A stretch of 64,000 nt of DNA from Bacteroidales bacterium (GTDB lineage: Bacteria; Bacteroidota; Bacteroidia; Bacteroidales; UBA12077), in assembly GCA_046482855.1 (NCBI GenBank), contig JAWOEH010000127.1:23865-87864 (forward strand), in the 5' to 3' direction. The translations under genes were made by a program, and so were the position numbers. Shown here piece after piece: positions 48,087 to 58,313 of this stretch. How positions within the stretch are numbered: position 1 is the stretch's first letter; each line of letters opens with the position of its first letter. The notes under the pieces are model-generated. The model was not told the origin of the DNA, did no database searches, and saw only the letters and a program-made list of their open reading frames with translations.

Positions 48087-48212
48087 CCTGAGGGTGATTG
48101 TCGTTCTTTGAGATTACTTATATCACGGCAGGCAAGTGGGGCATTAGCGTGTCCTTTTAGGAGTCTGCTCTTTGAATGTTGAGAGATCGTTTACTTCATA
48201 AAGAATAAGATT

Positions 48213-48830
48213 ATGGAAAATAAATTGCAGGAACTAACCCAGAAGCTGTATAACGAAGGGGTAGAAAAAGCCAATGCAGAGGCAGAAGAAATTCTTGCCA
48301 ATGCACGTAAGGAGGCTGAAAAAGTTCGTCAGGATGCTGCCGACGAGGCTAAACGTGTAGTTGAAGAAGCCGAACAAAAGGCCACCGACTTGAAAAAAAA
48401 CACCGAGGCTGAACTTTCCCTAGCAGCGAAGCAATTGGTGCGAGAAGTACAACAACAAGTGGCACAGGCTATTTTGGCAAAAGTAGTGGATAAGCCTATG
48501 AAAGATGCTTTTGATGAAAAAGAGTTCGTAAAAAAGCTTGTTGAGACAGCTATTGCTAATTGGAATCCTCAGGAAGAGGAATCAATTGATTTAACTGTTA
48601 TTCTTCCCGAATCCATGGCAGGGGATCTTTCCGAATACCTACAGGCAAAAGCAAAAAAAGAACTTAACGCCAACCTCGAAGTGCAAGTTAGCGATAATAT
48701 GAAGGGCGGATTTAAAATTGGTCCGGCTGATGGGTCCTATATTATTAGCTTTAGCGAAGAGGACTTTGGGAACTTCTTTAAGAGCTATTTACGACCACGT
48801 ACCAATGAGCTTTTATTTGAAGGAGAATAA
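48213..48830 (+). CDS. ntpE: V-type ATPase subunit E (peripheral stalk)
   Basis: Long A/E/K-rich N-terminal helix plus a globular C-terminal domain. It is the first gene of the V-type operon. Confidence 0.85.
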   Translation: MENKLQELTQKLYNEGVEKANAEAEEILANARKEAEKVRQDAADEAKRVVEEAEQKATDLKKNTEAELSLAAKQLVREVQQQVAQAILAKVVDKPMKDAFDEKEFVKKLVETAIANWNPQEEESIDLTVILPESMAGDLSEYLQAKAKKELNANLEVQVSDNMKGGFKIGPADGSYIISFSEEDFGNFFKSYLRPRTNELLFEGE

Positions 48831-48832
48831 TT

Positions 48833-49681
48833 ATGTGGAAAAACCATTACTACTGTTTTGTAGCTGGCCTGCCCGACATCTTTCCTGATGAAGCGGATGT
48901 AGGGTTCGACATGGTACAGTTTAAAGAAGAGCTGAAAACTGAATTGAAAGCCGAAGACTACAAGCTGATAGAGCTGATTTTCCTGCCTTACGACAATCAA
49001 AACCTCCTAAAGGTTTTAAATGACGAATACCCCAAGCTCGATCCCCTTGGAAATATCTCCATGGAATTGTGGGAACAAGAGTTAGATGAAGATAAGAAAG
49101 GGGTTCTTCCTTCCTACTTTTATACATTTATTCAGTGGTTTCGCGAAGAGGAGGGAAATAAAAAAGACAAAGTAGCGCAGGAGCGAAAGCTTCTTGAACT
49201 TTATTATCCTTATATACTTACCACAAAAAACACTTTCCTGAAAGAGTGGTTGACCTGGAATTTGCATTTAAAAAATATCTTAACCGGGCTCAACTGTCGA
49301 AAATACAACCTGGAGGTTGAAGATCAACTACTGCTTGATAATTATATAACCCAGGCCGTTGCTAAAAGCAACGCACGGGACTTTGGTCTTGACATTGATT
49401 TTCCGGATGTTATGGAGTTGGTAACTCTTTTTGAAAAGGACAACATTCTGCAACTGGAAAGAGGGATGGATCGACTCCGTTGGGAGCGACTGGAAGAGTA
49501 TACCCTTTTTGAGTATTTTACTATTGAAGTAATTTTAGCCTACACAATTAAGTTGGACATTATCTTCCGTTGGATGCAATTAGATGAGGAAACCGGCAAG
49601 AAGTTGTTTGCAAAGTTTGTGGGCGAGCTAAAATCGAGTTTTGAATTTGCTAAAGAATTTTCGTTACATGGACAAAAATAA
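48833..49681 (+). CDS. DUF2764 protein (V-type ATPase subunit C/d analogue of Bacteroidetes operons)
   Basis: N-terminal YYCFVAGLPDI.. signature, in the conserved position between E and A. Confidence 0.75.
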   Translation: MWKNHYYCFVAGLPDIFPDEADVGFDMVQFKEELKTELKAEDYKLIELIFLPYDNQNLLKVLNDEYPKLDPLGNISMELWEQELDEDKKGVLPSYFYTFIQWFREEEGNKKDKVAQERKLLELYYPYILTTKNTFLKEWLTWNLHLKNILTGLNCRKYNLEVEDQLLLDNYITQAVAKSNARDFGLDIDFPDVMELVTLFEKDNILQLERGMDRLRWERLEEYTLFEYFTIEVILAYTIKLDIIFRWMQLDEETGKKLFAKFVGELKSSFEFAKEFSLHGQK

Positions 49682-49685
49682 ACAG

Positions 49686-51440
49686 ATGACTACAGGTAAA
49701 GTAGCCGGGATTATTGCCAACCTTGTGTTTGTTAAGGTGGATGGTCCTGTTCAGCAGAACGAAATCTGCTACATCGAGATTGGGGATACCCGACTGATGG
49801 CAGAGGTTATTAAAGTACTCGGCGACCAGGCTTATGTGCAGGTTTTTGAAAGTACTCGCGGCCTTAAGGTGGGCAACGCCGTGGAATTCTCCGGACACAT
49901 GCTGGAAGTGACTCTTGGCCCTGGAATTCTATCCAAAAACTACGACGGTCTGCAAAACGACCTGGATAAGATGGAGGGCGTGTTCCTGAAACGCGGAGAG
50001 CTTACTTATCCTTTGGATAAAGAGAAAAAGTGGGCCTTTAAGCCGCTTGCTAAACCAGGTGATGTGGTAGAAGCCGGAGCCTGGCTAGGGGAAGTGAAAG
50101 AAAATTGGATGGCTCACAAAATTATGGTTCCCTTTAAATTTGAAGGTAAATTTAAAGTGAAATCGGTGGAAAGCGAAGGCGAATACATTGCTGACCATAA
50201 GGTTGCTGTGCTTACCGACAACGATGGCAAAGACGTGGAAGTAACCATGGTACAAAAATGGCCGGTGAAAATGCCTATTAAAGCTTATCGCGAAAAACCA
50301 CGGCCCTTCAAATTACTGGAAACAGGAATTCGTACTATTGATACCCTGAATCCAATGGCGGAAGGAGGAACCGGTTTTATTCCCGGGCCTTTCGGTACCG
50401 GTAAAACCGTGTTACAGCATGCACTTTCTAAGCAAGCCGAGGCGGATATGATTATTATGGCGGCCTGTGGTGAGCGTGCCAATGAAGTAGTGGAAATCTT
50501 TGCGGAGTTTCCTGAATTGGAAGATCCACGCTCGGGACGTAAGCTGATTGAGCGAACCACCATTATCGCCAATACATCCAATATGCCGGTGGCTGCTCGT
50601 GAAGCTTCCGTGTACACCGCCATGACGATTGCGGAATATTACCGTGCCATGGGACTGAAAGTGCTGATGTTGGCCGACTCTACTTCTCGCTGGGCACAGG
50701 CTTTGCGTGAGATGTCCAACCGTATGGAGGAACTTCCCGGACCGGATGCGTTCCCTATGGACTTGCCGGCAATTATTTCCAATTTCTACTCGCGCGCCGG
50801 GTATACCTATTTGAAAAACGGCGAAACCGGCTCTATTACTTTCATTGGTACCGTGTCGCCTGCTGGTGGTAACCTGAAAGAGCCCGTAACAGAATCGACA
50901 AAAAAAGCCGCTCGCTGCTTCTATGCTTTGAGTCAGCAACGAGCCGATAGTAAGCGCTATCCTGCAGTAGACCCATTAGATAGCTATTCAAAATATTTTG
51001 AATACCCCGAAGTGGAAGAGTACTTGCGCGATCACATACATCAGGACTGGCCGGATAAAGTAAGCCTTACACGCGATATTCTGATTCGGGGACGTGAAGT
51101 GGCCGAGCAAATAAATATCCTGGGTGACGATGGAGTACCTATTGAATATCACGAGCGCTTCTGGAAAGCTGAAGTGATTGACTTTATTATCTTGCAACAA
51201 GATGCATTTGATAAAGTTGACCAGGCTTCATCACTGGAACGTCAGCGCTACATGTTAGAAAAAGTATTGGAAATTTATCATACCAATTTTGAGTTCTCGT
51301 CCTTCGAGGATGTGAGTGATTACTTCAAGCGTGTTATCAACCAGATGAAACAAATGAATTACTCTGAGTTTGAGACGGATGAGTTTAAAGAGAATGAGAA
51401 AGGGTTGAAAGAAATTATTGAAGAAAGGAAGGTTGCCTAA
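49686..51440 (+). CDS. ntpA: V-type ATPase catalytic subunit A
   Basis: Walker A GPFGTGKTV. The non-homologous insert region and ..ADSTSRWAQALREMS.. are present. The ATG at 49686 follows the upstream stop directly (the ORF-track start at 49641 is a TTG). Confidence 0.95.
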   Translation: MTTGKVAGIIANLVFVKVDGPVQQNEICYIEIGDTRLMAEVIKVLGDQAYVQVFESTRGLKVGNAVEFSGHMLEVTLGPGILSKNYDGLQNDLDKMEGVFLKRGELTYPLDKEKKWAFKPLAKPGDVVEAGAWLGEVKENWMAHKIMVPFKFEGKFKVKSVESEGEYIADHKVAVLTDNDGKDVEVTMVQKWPVKMPIKAYREKPRPFKLLETGIRTIDTLNPMAEGGTGFIPGPFGTGKTVLQHALSKQAEADMIIMAACGERANEVVEIFAEFPELEDPRSGRKLIERTTIIANTSNMPVAAREASVYTAMTIAEYYRAMGLKVLMLADSTSRWAQALREMSNRMEELPGPDAFPMDLPAIISNFYSRAGYTYLKNGETGSITFIGTVSPAGGNLKEPVTESTKKAARCFYALSQQRADSKRYPAVDPLDSYSKYFEYPEVEEYLRDHIHQDWPDKVSLTRDILIRGREVAEQINILGDDGVPIEYHERFWKAEVIDFIILQQDAFDKVDQASSLERQRYMLEKVLEIYHTNFEFSSFEDVSDYFKRVINQMKQMNYSEFETDEFKENEKGLKEIIEERKVA

Positions 51441-52771
51441 TGGAAACACAAGCATTTCAAAAAGTATACACAAAGATCACGCAGATCACCAAGGCCACAT
51501 GTTCCTTGCAAGCTACAGGCGTAGGTTACGATGAAATGGCTGTGGTGAACGGGCGTTTGGCTCAGGTGGTAAAAATCGTAGGGGATGAAATTACCTTGCA
51601 GATTTTCTCCGGAACCGAAGGCATTCCCACAAATGCCGAGGTAGTATTTTTGGGACGTTCGGCAACCATTCATGTGAGTGATGAATTGGCCGGCCGCTTC
51701 TTCAATGCCTTTGGCGACCCTATTGATGGCGGACCGAAGGTGGAGGGAGAAGAACGTGCCATTGGCGGCCCTTCGGTGAACCCGGTACGTCGTAAACAGC
51801 CCTCGGAATTTATTCCTACCGGTATTGCAGGTATCGACCTGAATAATGCCCTGGTAACCGGACAGAAAATTCCGTTTTTTGCCGACCCCGACCAACCTTT
51901 TAACCAGGTGATGTCGATGGTAGGTTTGCGTGCTAAGGCCGATAAGATTATCCTTGGGGGTATGGGTCTTACCAACGATGACTACCTGTACTACAAAAAC
52001 GTTTTTGATAATGCTGGTGCTTTGGATCGCATTATCAGTTTTGTGAATACAACGGAAGATCCTCCGGTAGAGCGACTTCTGGTACCCGATATGGCGCTTA
52101 CTGCTGCCGAGTATTTTGCTGTTGACAAGAATCAGAAGGTATTGGTACTGCTGACCGATATGACACTTTATGCCGATGCCCTGAGTATTGTATCCAACCG
52201 TATGGATCAGATTCCTTCGAAAGATAGTATGCCGGGATCGTTGTACTCCGATCTTGCTAAGATATACGAAAAAGCCGTACAGTTTCCCGAAGGAGGGTCT
52301 ATTACCATTATTGCGGTAACTACCCTGCAAGGTGGCGACATTACCCACGCCATTCCTGATAACACCGGTTATATTACGGAAGGACAGCTGTTCTTGCGTA
52401 AGGACACGGATGTGGGTAAAGTAATTGTTGATCCCTTCCGTAGTTTGTCGCGCTTGAAGCAGTTGGTAATTGGTACAAAAACACGAGCCGACCATCCACA
52501 GGTGATGAATGCTGCCGTGCGCTTGTATGCCGATGCTGCCGGAGCAAAAACAAAAATGGAGAATGGTTTCGACCTGACCGACTACGATGAACGTACACTG
52601 AAATTTGCCAAGGAGTATTCGAAAGATCTGCTGGCCATTGATGTGAATGTGGATACGGACTCCATGTTGGACACCGCATGGAATCTGTTTGGACAGTATT
52701 TTACTAAATCGGAGGTACGTATTAAGCAGGAATTCATGGACCAATATTGGCCCGAAAACGAGGACGAATAA
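51440..52771 (+). CDS. ntpB: V-type ATPase subunit B
   Basis: Typical B subunit (..IPTGIAGIDLNNALVTGQKIPFF.., ..LTDMTLYADALS..). Start and stop share one base with ntpA (TAATG). Confidence 0.95.
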   Translation: METQAFQKVYTKITQITKATCSLQATGVGYDEMAVVNGRLAQVVKIVGDEITLQIFSGTEGIPTNAEVVFLGRSATIHVSDELAGRFFNAFGDPIDGGPKVEGEERAIGGPSVNPVRRKQPSEFIPTGIAGIDLNNALVTGQKIPFFADPDQPFNQVMSMVGLRAKADKIILGGMGLTNDDYLYYKNVFDNAGALDRIISFVNTTEDPPVERLLVPDMALTAAEYFAVDKNQKVLVLLTDMTLYADALSIVSNRMDQIPSKDSMPGSLYSDLAKIYEKAVQFPEGGSITIIAVTTLQGGDITHAIPDNTGYITEGQLFLRKDTDVGKVIVDPFRSLSRLKQLVIGTKTRADHPQVMNAAVRLYADAAGAKTKMENGFDLTDYDERTLKFAKEYSKDLLAIDVNVDTDSMLDTAWNLFGQYFTKSEVRIKQEFMDQYWPENEDE

Positions 52772-52782
52772 ACTGATTTTGT

Positions 52783-53388
52783 ATGGCAATCAAATTTCAA
52801 TACAATAAGATTTCCTTGCAGAATCTTCAGAAGCAGCTTAAGGTTCGTGAGCGTGCTTTGCCCACCTTGCAGAGTAAGGAGGCGGCACTGCGCGTGGAGG
52901 TTAAGCGTGCAAAAGATCAAGCCGATGAATTGGATGAAAAACTTCGCAAAGCCATGGATGAGTATGACTCCATGTCGCGCTTGTGGGGTGAGTTCGATCA
53001 AGAATTGGTTTCGGTTGAAGACGTGAAGATGACTGTAAAAAAGATTGCCGGTGTTCGCACTCCTATTCTCGAAGAGGTAATTTTCGATATCAAATCGTTC
53101 AATCTGGTGAACAAACCTGCCTGGTTTATGCAGGGGATTCAAGTACTGGAGGAGATGGTTCGGATCAGTATCGAGCGTGAGTTTTTCTTACGGAAGATGA
53201 AATTGCTGGATTATGCCCGAAAGAAAACCACGCAAAAGGTAAATCTTTACGAGAAAGTGCAAATACCGGGATACAAGGAAGCTGTGCAAAAGATCAAGCG
53301 TTTCCTCGAAGATGAGGAAAACTTGTCGAAATCGGCACAGAAGATTGTTAAGAAACGACAAGAACAAAGTAAGGAGGTGGCCTCATGA
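52783..53388 (+). CDS. ntpD: V-type ATPase subunit D (central stalk)
   Basis: Coiled-coil protein of 201 aa with the ..LPTLQSKEAALR.. pattern, in the expected operon position. Confidence 0.9.
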   Translation: MAIKFQYNKISLQNLQKQLKVRERALPTLQSKEAALRVEVKRAKDQADELDEKLRKAMDEYDSMSRLWGEFDQELVSVEDVKMTVKKIAGVRTPILEEVIFDIKSFNLVNKPAWFMQGIQVLEEMVRISIEREFFLRKMKLLDYARKKTTQKVNLYEKVQIPGYKEAVQKIKRFLEDEENLSKSAQKIVKKRQEQSKEVAS

Positions 53389-55172
53389 TTACACCCATGT
53401 ACAAATACTCGTTTCTGATCTTTCACCAGGAGTACGAACACTTCTTGGATAAGCTCCAGGAGTTGGGCGTATTGCACGTGATTGAAAAGAATGAAGAGGT
53501 AAATGAGAACACCCGCGAAAAGCTTCACCAGATTAGTGAGCTGAATAAAACCCTCACTTTTTTGCAACGCCGCGAGCAGGAAGAGAAGCCTGTCTCTGAT
53601 GAAATGACTGCCTTTGAAGTCATGACAAAGAAAAAGGAGTTGCAGGAAGAGATAAATACCCTGGAACAAGAGAACCTGGCGCTTGATAAGGACATTCAAC
53701 GAGCGACCCCATGGGGGAACATCCCTGCCGATATGCTGAAAAAGTATGAGCAGATGGGATTGACTATCCGGTTCTTTACTTGTAATGAAAAACGATTTGA
53801 GCCCGAATGGAAGGAAGCCTATTATCTGGAACCCATTAATATTTATGGTGGACAGATCTATTTTGTCATTCTGCAACGTGAGGAGGAGGCTATCGATATC
53901 GATGCTGAGGAGATTCGTCTTCCCGAAACCCCGTTGAAAGAGTTGCAAAAGAAACGTCAGGAAAATGAGGAACGACTAGAGGCTATTCAGGCAACATTTG
54001 ATGAGTTTGCTGTAAAGTATCAGCAGGCGATTCGCGATACCATGGAGGAAATGCGCCAGCAAACGGCTTTTGAGTATACCCTTGAGCAAACAGAGAAGCA
54101 AGCTGACGAGAAAATCATGGTGCTGGAAGGATGGGTACCTGAAACGAAAGTGAAGGACCTTGAGGCTTTTCTGAATCAGGAAGAAGTCCTCTTTTTGTCT
54201 GAAAAGGCAAAACAGAATGCCAATGCACCCATTTTGCTGAAAAATGGAAAATTCAGTAGATTGTTTGAGCCCGTAGGGGATTTATTCTCATTACCTAGTT
54301 ACGGAGAACTTGATATGACTCCTTTCTTTGCACCTTTCTTTATGCTGTTTTTCGGCTTTTGTGTGGGGGATACGGGGTATGGTCTGTTCATCTTGTTGGT
54401 AACACTCTTTTTGCGTAACCGCGTAAAACCCAGCCTGAAACCTATCATGGGTCTGGCTGCCTGGTTGGGAGGAGCCACTATTCTTATGGGCGCCGTTTCT
54501 GGAACTTTTTTCGGGATTAATTTGGCTGAGAGTGATTTTGTTCCCTTTAAGGAAATTTTCCTGGAGCCACTGCAACTTTTCTATTTGGCAATTATTTTAG
54601 GGATCATACAGATTATTTTTGGAATGTTTCTGAAAGCCATAAGCCAGGTAAAGCAGTATGGGTTTAAGTACGGAGTATCCACAATGGGCTGGATTTTGCT
54701 CATTTTATCTTCAGCCTTTTTTCTGGGTGGCGAAACGCTGGGTTGGTTCACCTTGTCTGGTGCGCTTGCTATTGCCCAGAACGGGTTTTTGGTAATAAGT
54801 TTGGGCATGATCTTACTCTTTAGTAATCCTGATAAAAATATTTTTGCCAATATTGGCATTGGTATTTATGATGTGTACAACATGGTAACAGGGGTATTTG
54901 GTGATATGCTCTCCTACATCCGTTTGTTTGCCCTTGGTATTTCCAGTGCCATTTTAGGATTGGTATTCAATCAGATAGCCAGCCAGTTTTTGGGCATGGG
55001 TATACTTGGGTGGTTACTTTTTGTTGTAGTGCTACTCATAGGACACAGCTTAAATATCTTTTTAGCAGGATTAGGGGCTTTTGTACACCCCTTACGTTTA
55101 ACATTTGTAGAATTTTATAAGAATGCCGGATTTACCGGAGGAGGAAAACAATACAAACCATTTTCAAAATAA
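53385..55172 (+). CDS. ntpI: V-type ATPase subunit I (a-type stator)
   Basis: Soluble coiled-coil N-terminal half plus a C-terminal half of 7-8 TM helices containing the conserved Arg region (MLSYIRLFALGISS). There is a 4-nt overlap with ntpD. Confidence 0.9.
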   Translation: MITPMYKYSFLIFHQEYEHFLDKLQELGVLHVIEKNEEVNENTREKLHQISELNKTLTFLQRREQEEKPVSDEMTAFEVMTKKKELQEEINTLEQENLALDKDIQRATPWGNIPADMLKKYEQMGLTIRFFTCNEKRFEPEWKEAYYLEPINIYGGQIYFVILQREEEAIDIDAEEIRLPETPLKELQKKRQENEERLEAIQATFDEFAVKYQQAIRDTMEEMRQQTAFEYTLEQTEKQADEKIMVLEGWVPETKVKDLEAFLNQEEVLFLSEKAKQNANAPILLKNGKFSRLFEPVGDLFSLPSYGELDMTPFFAPFFMLFFGFCVGDTGYGLFILLVTLFLRNRVKPSLKPIMGLAAWLGGATILMGAVSGTFFGINLAESDFVPFKEIFLEPLQLFYLAIILGIIQIIFGMFLKAISQVKQYGFKYGVSTMGWILLILSSAFFLGGETLGWFTLSGALAIAQNGFLVISLGMILLFSNPDKNIFANIGIGIYDVYNMVTGVFGDMLSYIRLFALGISSAILGLVFNQIASQFLGMGILGWLLFVVVLLIGHSLNIFLAGLGAFVHPLRLTFVEFYKNAGFTGGGKQYKPFSK

Positions 55173-55649
<477 letters not shown>

Positions 55650-55680
55650 AGGAAACATCCATTTTTTTTTTTCGTATATG

Positions 55681-55717
55681 AGGGCATTGCAAAAGCAGTG
55701 CCCTTTTTTATTTTTTT
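55681..55717 (+). terminator. Strong intrinsic terminator ending the V-type operon
   Basis: Stem AGGGCA..TGCCCT followed by TTTTTTATTTTTTT. Confidence 0.7.
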
Positions 55718-55748
55718 AACGGGACTGTCATTTGTGCCGCAAAAACCC

Positions 55749-55756
55749 TAAATTTG
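55749..55756 (+). promoter_or_regulatory. Bacteroidetes -7 box (TAaaTTTG) upstream of atpB
   Basis: Matches TAnnTTTG, 24 nt upstream of ATG 55780. A TTTG lies at 55731-55734. Confidence 0.35.
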
Positions 55757-55779
55757 TTTAAAACAAAGTTTGTAAGCTT

Positions 55780-56877
55780 ATGCGATCTTGCTCTCTCCTT
55801 ATTCGTATACTTGCCCTGGTTTTTATCCTATGGGCACCACAGATGGCCAAGGCACAACAAACGCAAGAATTGCATGCTGACCAGTCTCAACAAACGGATG
55901 AAACCAAGGAGTTTGATCCAGGACACTTCATCTTTGACCACATTGTTGACCATTACTCGTGGCATATTTTAACCTATGAGGGGCATCATGTAGCTGTTCC
56001 TTTACCTATTATTGCGTTTACTTCTGACGGCTTAAAGGTATGTATGTCAAATCATCTTTCGCATGGACATACTTATAAGGGCTTATACATTCCCGAGGAG
56101 GGGGTTTATGAAGGAGAGTTAGTGGAACTAAGTCCTGAAGGCGAGTTCACGCCAGTAAAGCTGGACTTGTCCATTACAAAGAATGTGTTTGCCATTTTTT
56201 TTGCTTCTGCTTTAATGATTTGGGTGTTTGTTTCTATAGCTAAACAATATACACATCAACCCGAAGGGGCCCCAAAAGGCCTGCAGTCCTTCCTGGAACC
56301 GCTTATTATATTTGTGCGCGACGATATTGCCCGGAACAGTATTGGTGAAAAGCATTATGAAAGATTTACACCCTTTTTACTAACGCTCTTCTTTTTTATT
56401 TTGTTGAATAATGTGTTAGGTTTAGTGCCTTTTTTTCCCGGTGGAGCCAATGTTACAGGAAATATTACGGTAACTTTAGGTTTGGCACTCTCTACCTTCA
56501 TTATGACAACCATTAGTGGAAACAAGAACTATTGGCTGCATATTTTTAACCCCAGAGGGATACCCTGGTGGTTGAAATTGCCATTGCCGCTGATTCCTTT
56601 TATCGAGTTAGTTGGGGTTATCATTAAACCCTTTGTGTTAATGGTGCGTTTGTTCGCAAATATTACTGCCGGACATATCATTATTCTGGGATTTTTTAGT
56701 TTGATATTTATTTTCGGGAATATGACACCGATGGCCGGTTATGGTGTAGCGCCTTTTACATTGGTCTTTACCATTTTTATGTCGATATTGGAATTATTGG
56801 TAGCCTTTATTCAGGCTTATGTATTTACGATTCTCTCGGCCATCTATTTTGGCATGGCTGTGGATGAAGGCCATTAA
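55780..56877 (+). CDS. atpB: F0F1 ATP synthase subunit a (with the N-terminal extension typical of Bacteroidetes)
   Basis: C-terminal half carries the conserved region ..VRLFANITAGHII.. including the essential Arg. Operon context supports the call. Confidence 0.92.
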   Translation: MRSCSLLIRILALVFILWAPQMAKAQQTQELHADQSQQTDETKEFDPGHFIFDHIVDHYSWHILTYEGHHVAVPLPIIAFTSDGLKVCMSNHLSHGHTYKGLYIPEEGVYEGELVELSPEGEFTPVKLDLSITKNVFAIFFASALMIWVFVSIAKQYTHQPEGAPKGLQSFLEPLIIFVRDDIARNSIGEKHYERFTPFLLTLFFFILLNNVLGLVPFFPGGANVTGNITVTLGLALSTFIMTTISGNKNYWLHIFNPRGIPWWLKLPLPLIPFIELVGVIIKPFVLMVRLFANITAGHIIILGFFSLIFIFGNMTPMAGYGVAPFTLVFTIFMSILELLVAFIQAYVFTILSAIYFGMAVDEGH

Positions 56878-56899
56878 ATTGGAAACGTTTTATTAATAA

Positions 56900-57169
<270 letters not shown>

Positions 57170-57175
57170 AACAAA

Positions 57176-57214
57176 GCAGGGAGACCAGCGATTGGCTGCT
57201 CCCTGTCTTTTTTA
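57176..57214 (+). terminator. Intra-operon hairpin plus T-run between atpE and atpF (candidate attenuator)
   Basis: CAGGGAG(ac)CAGC-gattg-GCTG-CTCCCTG followed by TCTTTTTT. Confidence 0.6.
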
Positions 57215-57233
57215 ATCCGTAAAGTGAGTTGTT

Positions 57234-57728
57234 ATGGAATTAATTAAACCGGATATAGGAACATTGGTTTGGATGTTGATATCATTCAGCATTTTGCTTT
57301 ATATCCTTATTAAGTTTGCCTGGAAACCGATATTAAATGCATTGAAACGTCGTGAGCGTACTATTGCATCCAGGTTGCAGGCCGCTCAAAAAGCACGTGA
57401 TGAGTTAGCAAAGATAGAATTTGGTAACGAGCAGATTACAAATCTGGCGAAACGCGAGCGTGAAGAAATTCTGCGCGAAGCCCGGGAAGTACGACAACAG
57501 ATCGTAGAGGATGCTAAACAGGCCGCTAAATTAGAGGGAGAAAAGATTGTACAGGCTGCCCGGCAGAGTATCGATTATGAGAAAAGAATGGCCATAGAAG
57601 AGTTACGCAAGCAAATGGCTGCACTCTCCATTGATATCGCAGAAAAAATTCTTAAGGAAAAACTGGCCGATAAAAAAGAGCAAGAGGAGTTGATCAATCG
57701 GTTGGCCAATGAAATTGACATGAATTAA
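57234..57728 (+). CDS. atpF: F0F1 ATP synthase subunit b
   Basis: An N-terminal TM helix followed by a long charged helix. Operon position supports the call. Confidence 0.9.
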   Translation: MELIKPDIGTLVWMLISFSILLYILIKFAWKPILNALKRRERTIASRLQAAQKARDELAKIEFGNEQITNLAKREREEILREAREVRQQIVEDAKQAAKLEGEKIVQAARQSIDYEKRMAIEELRKQMAALSIDIAEKILKEKLADKKEQEELINRLANEIDMN

Positions 57729-57738
57729 TTAACGGTAT

Positions 57739-58281
57739 ATGTATCAGAGTCAGGTGGCAGTACGTTATGCGAAAGCATTGCTTCAATTTTCCCTTGAGCA
57801 AGGTGCCGAGGAGAATGTCGCTGCCGATATGCAAACTCTTCTTAAGCTTTTCAATGAAGTACCTGAATTACATCAGGTGGTGAATCATCCGTCTTTGCCG
57901 GGTCAGCAAAAAAAGAAGATGCTTAAGCAGGTAGTTACTTCCGGTTTTCATTTGGTTACCAACCGATTTCTCGATTTTATTTGTGATCAGAAACGAGAAG
58001 ATCAATTGGCCGGAATGGCACATAACTACTTGTTGCGCTATGCTGAAGCCAAAGGGTTGAAAAGGGCTGTGTTTACTACCGCTATAACCATGACCGAGCG
58101 GGAGCGAAAAGCAGTAGTGAAAATGGTGGAGACGCATTACAACGTTACCCTTGACTTTACCGAAAAGATAGACAAGGAACTTATTGGCGGATTTGTTATT
58201 GAAATTGACGATAAGCGAATTGATGCCAGTGTTACTGCTCAGTTGAAGCAGATACGGCAACAGCTTTTTGCGCATCAGTAA
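57739..58281 (+). CDS. atpH: F0F1 ATP synthase subunit delta (OSCP)
   Basis: VAVRYAKALLQFS.. N-terminus, ..IGGFVIEIDDKRIDASV.. C-terminus, 180 aa. Confidence 0.88.
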   Translation: MYQSQVAVRYAKALLQFSLEQGAEENVAADMQTLLKLFNEVPELHQVVNHPSLPGQQKKKMLKQVVTSGFHLVTNRFLDFICDQKREDQLAGMAHNYLLRYAEAKGLKRAVFTTAITMTERERKAVVKMVETHYNVTLDFTEKIDKELIGGFVIEIDDKRIDASVTAQLKQIRQQLFAHQ

Positions 58282-58313
58282 GATAGTATAGTAGATTGTA
58301 AATAGTTACAAGT

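Noticed and set aside
50412-50939. 175-aa antisense ORF inside ntpA (also 50285-50623, 52582-53142 and 53247-53948 inside ntpA/D/I)
   Set aside because: 50412-50939, 52582-53142 and 53247-53948 lie in the codon-aligned antisense frame of strongly biased V-ATPase genes. In that frame, stops arise only from the rare TTA/CTA/TCA codons. I did not check the frame of 50285-50623. The peptides are low-complexity (R/G/H/C-rich) and have no start context, so I treat them as shadow ORFs.
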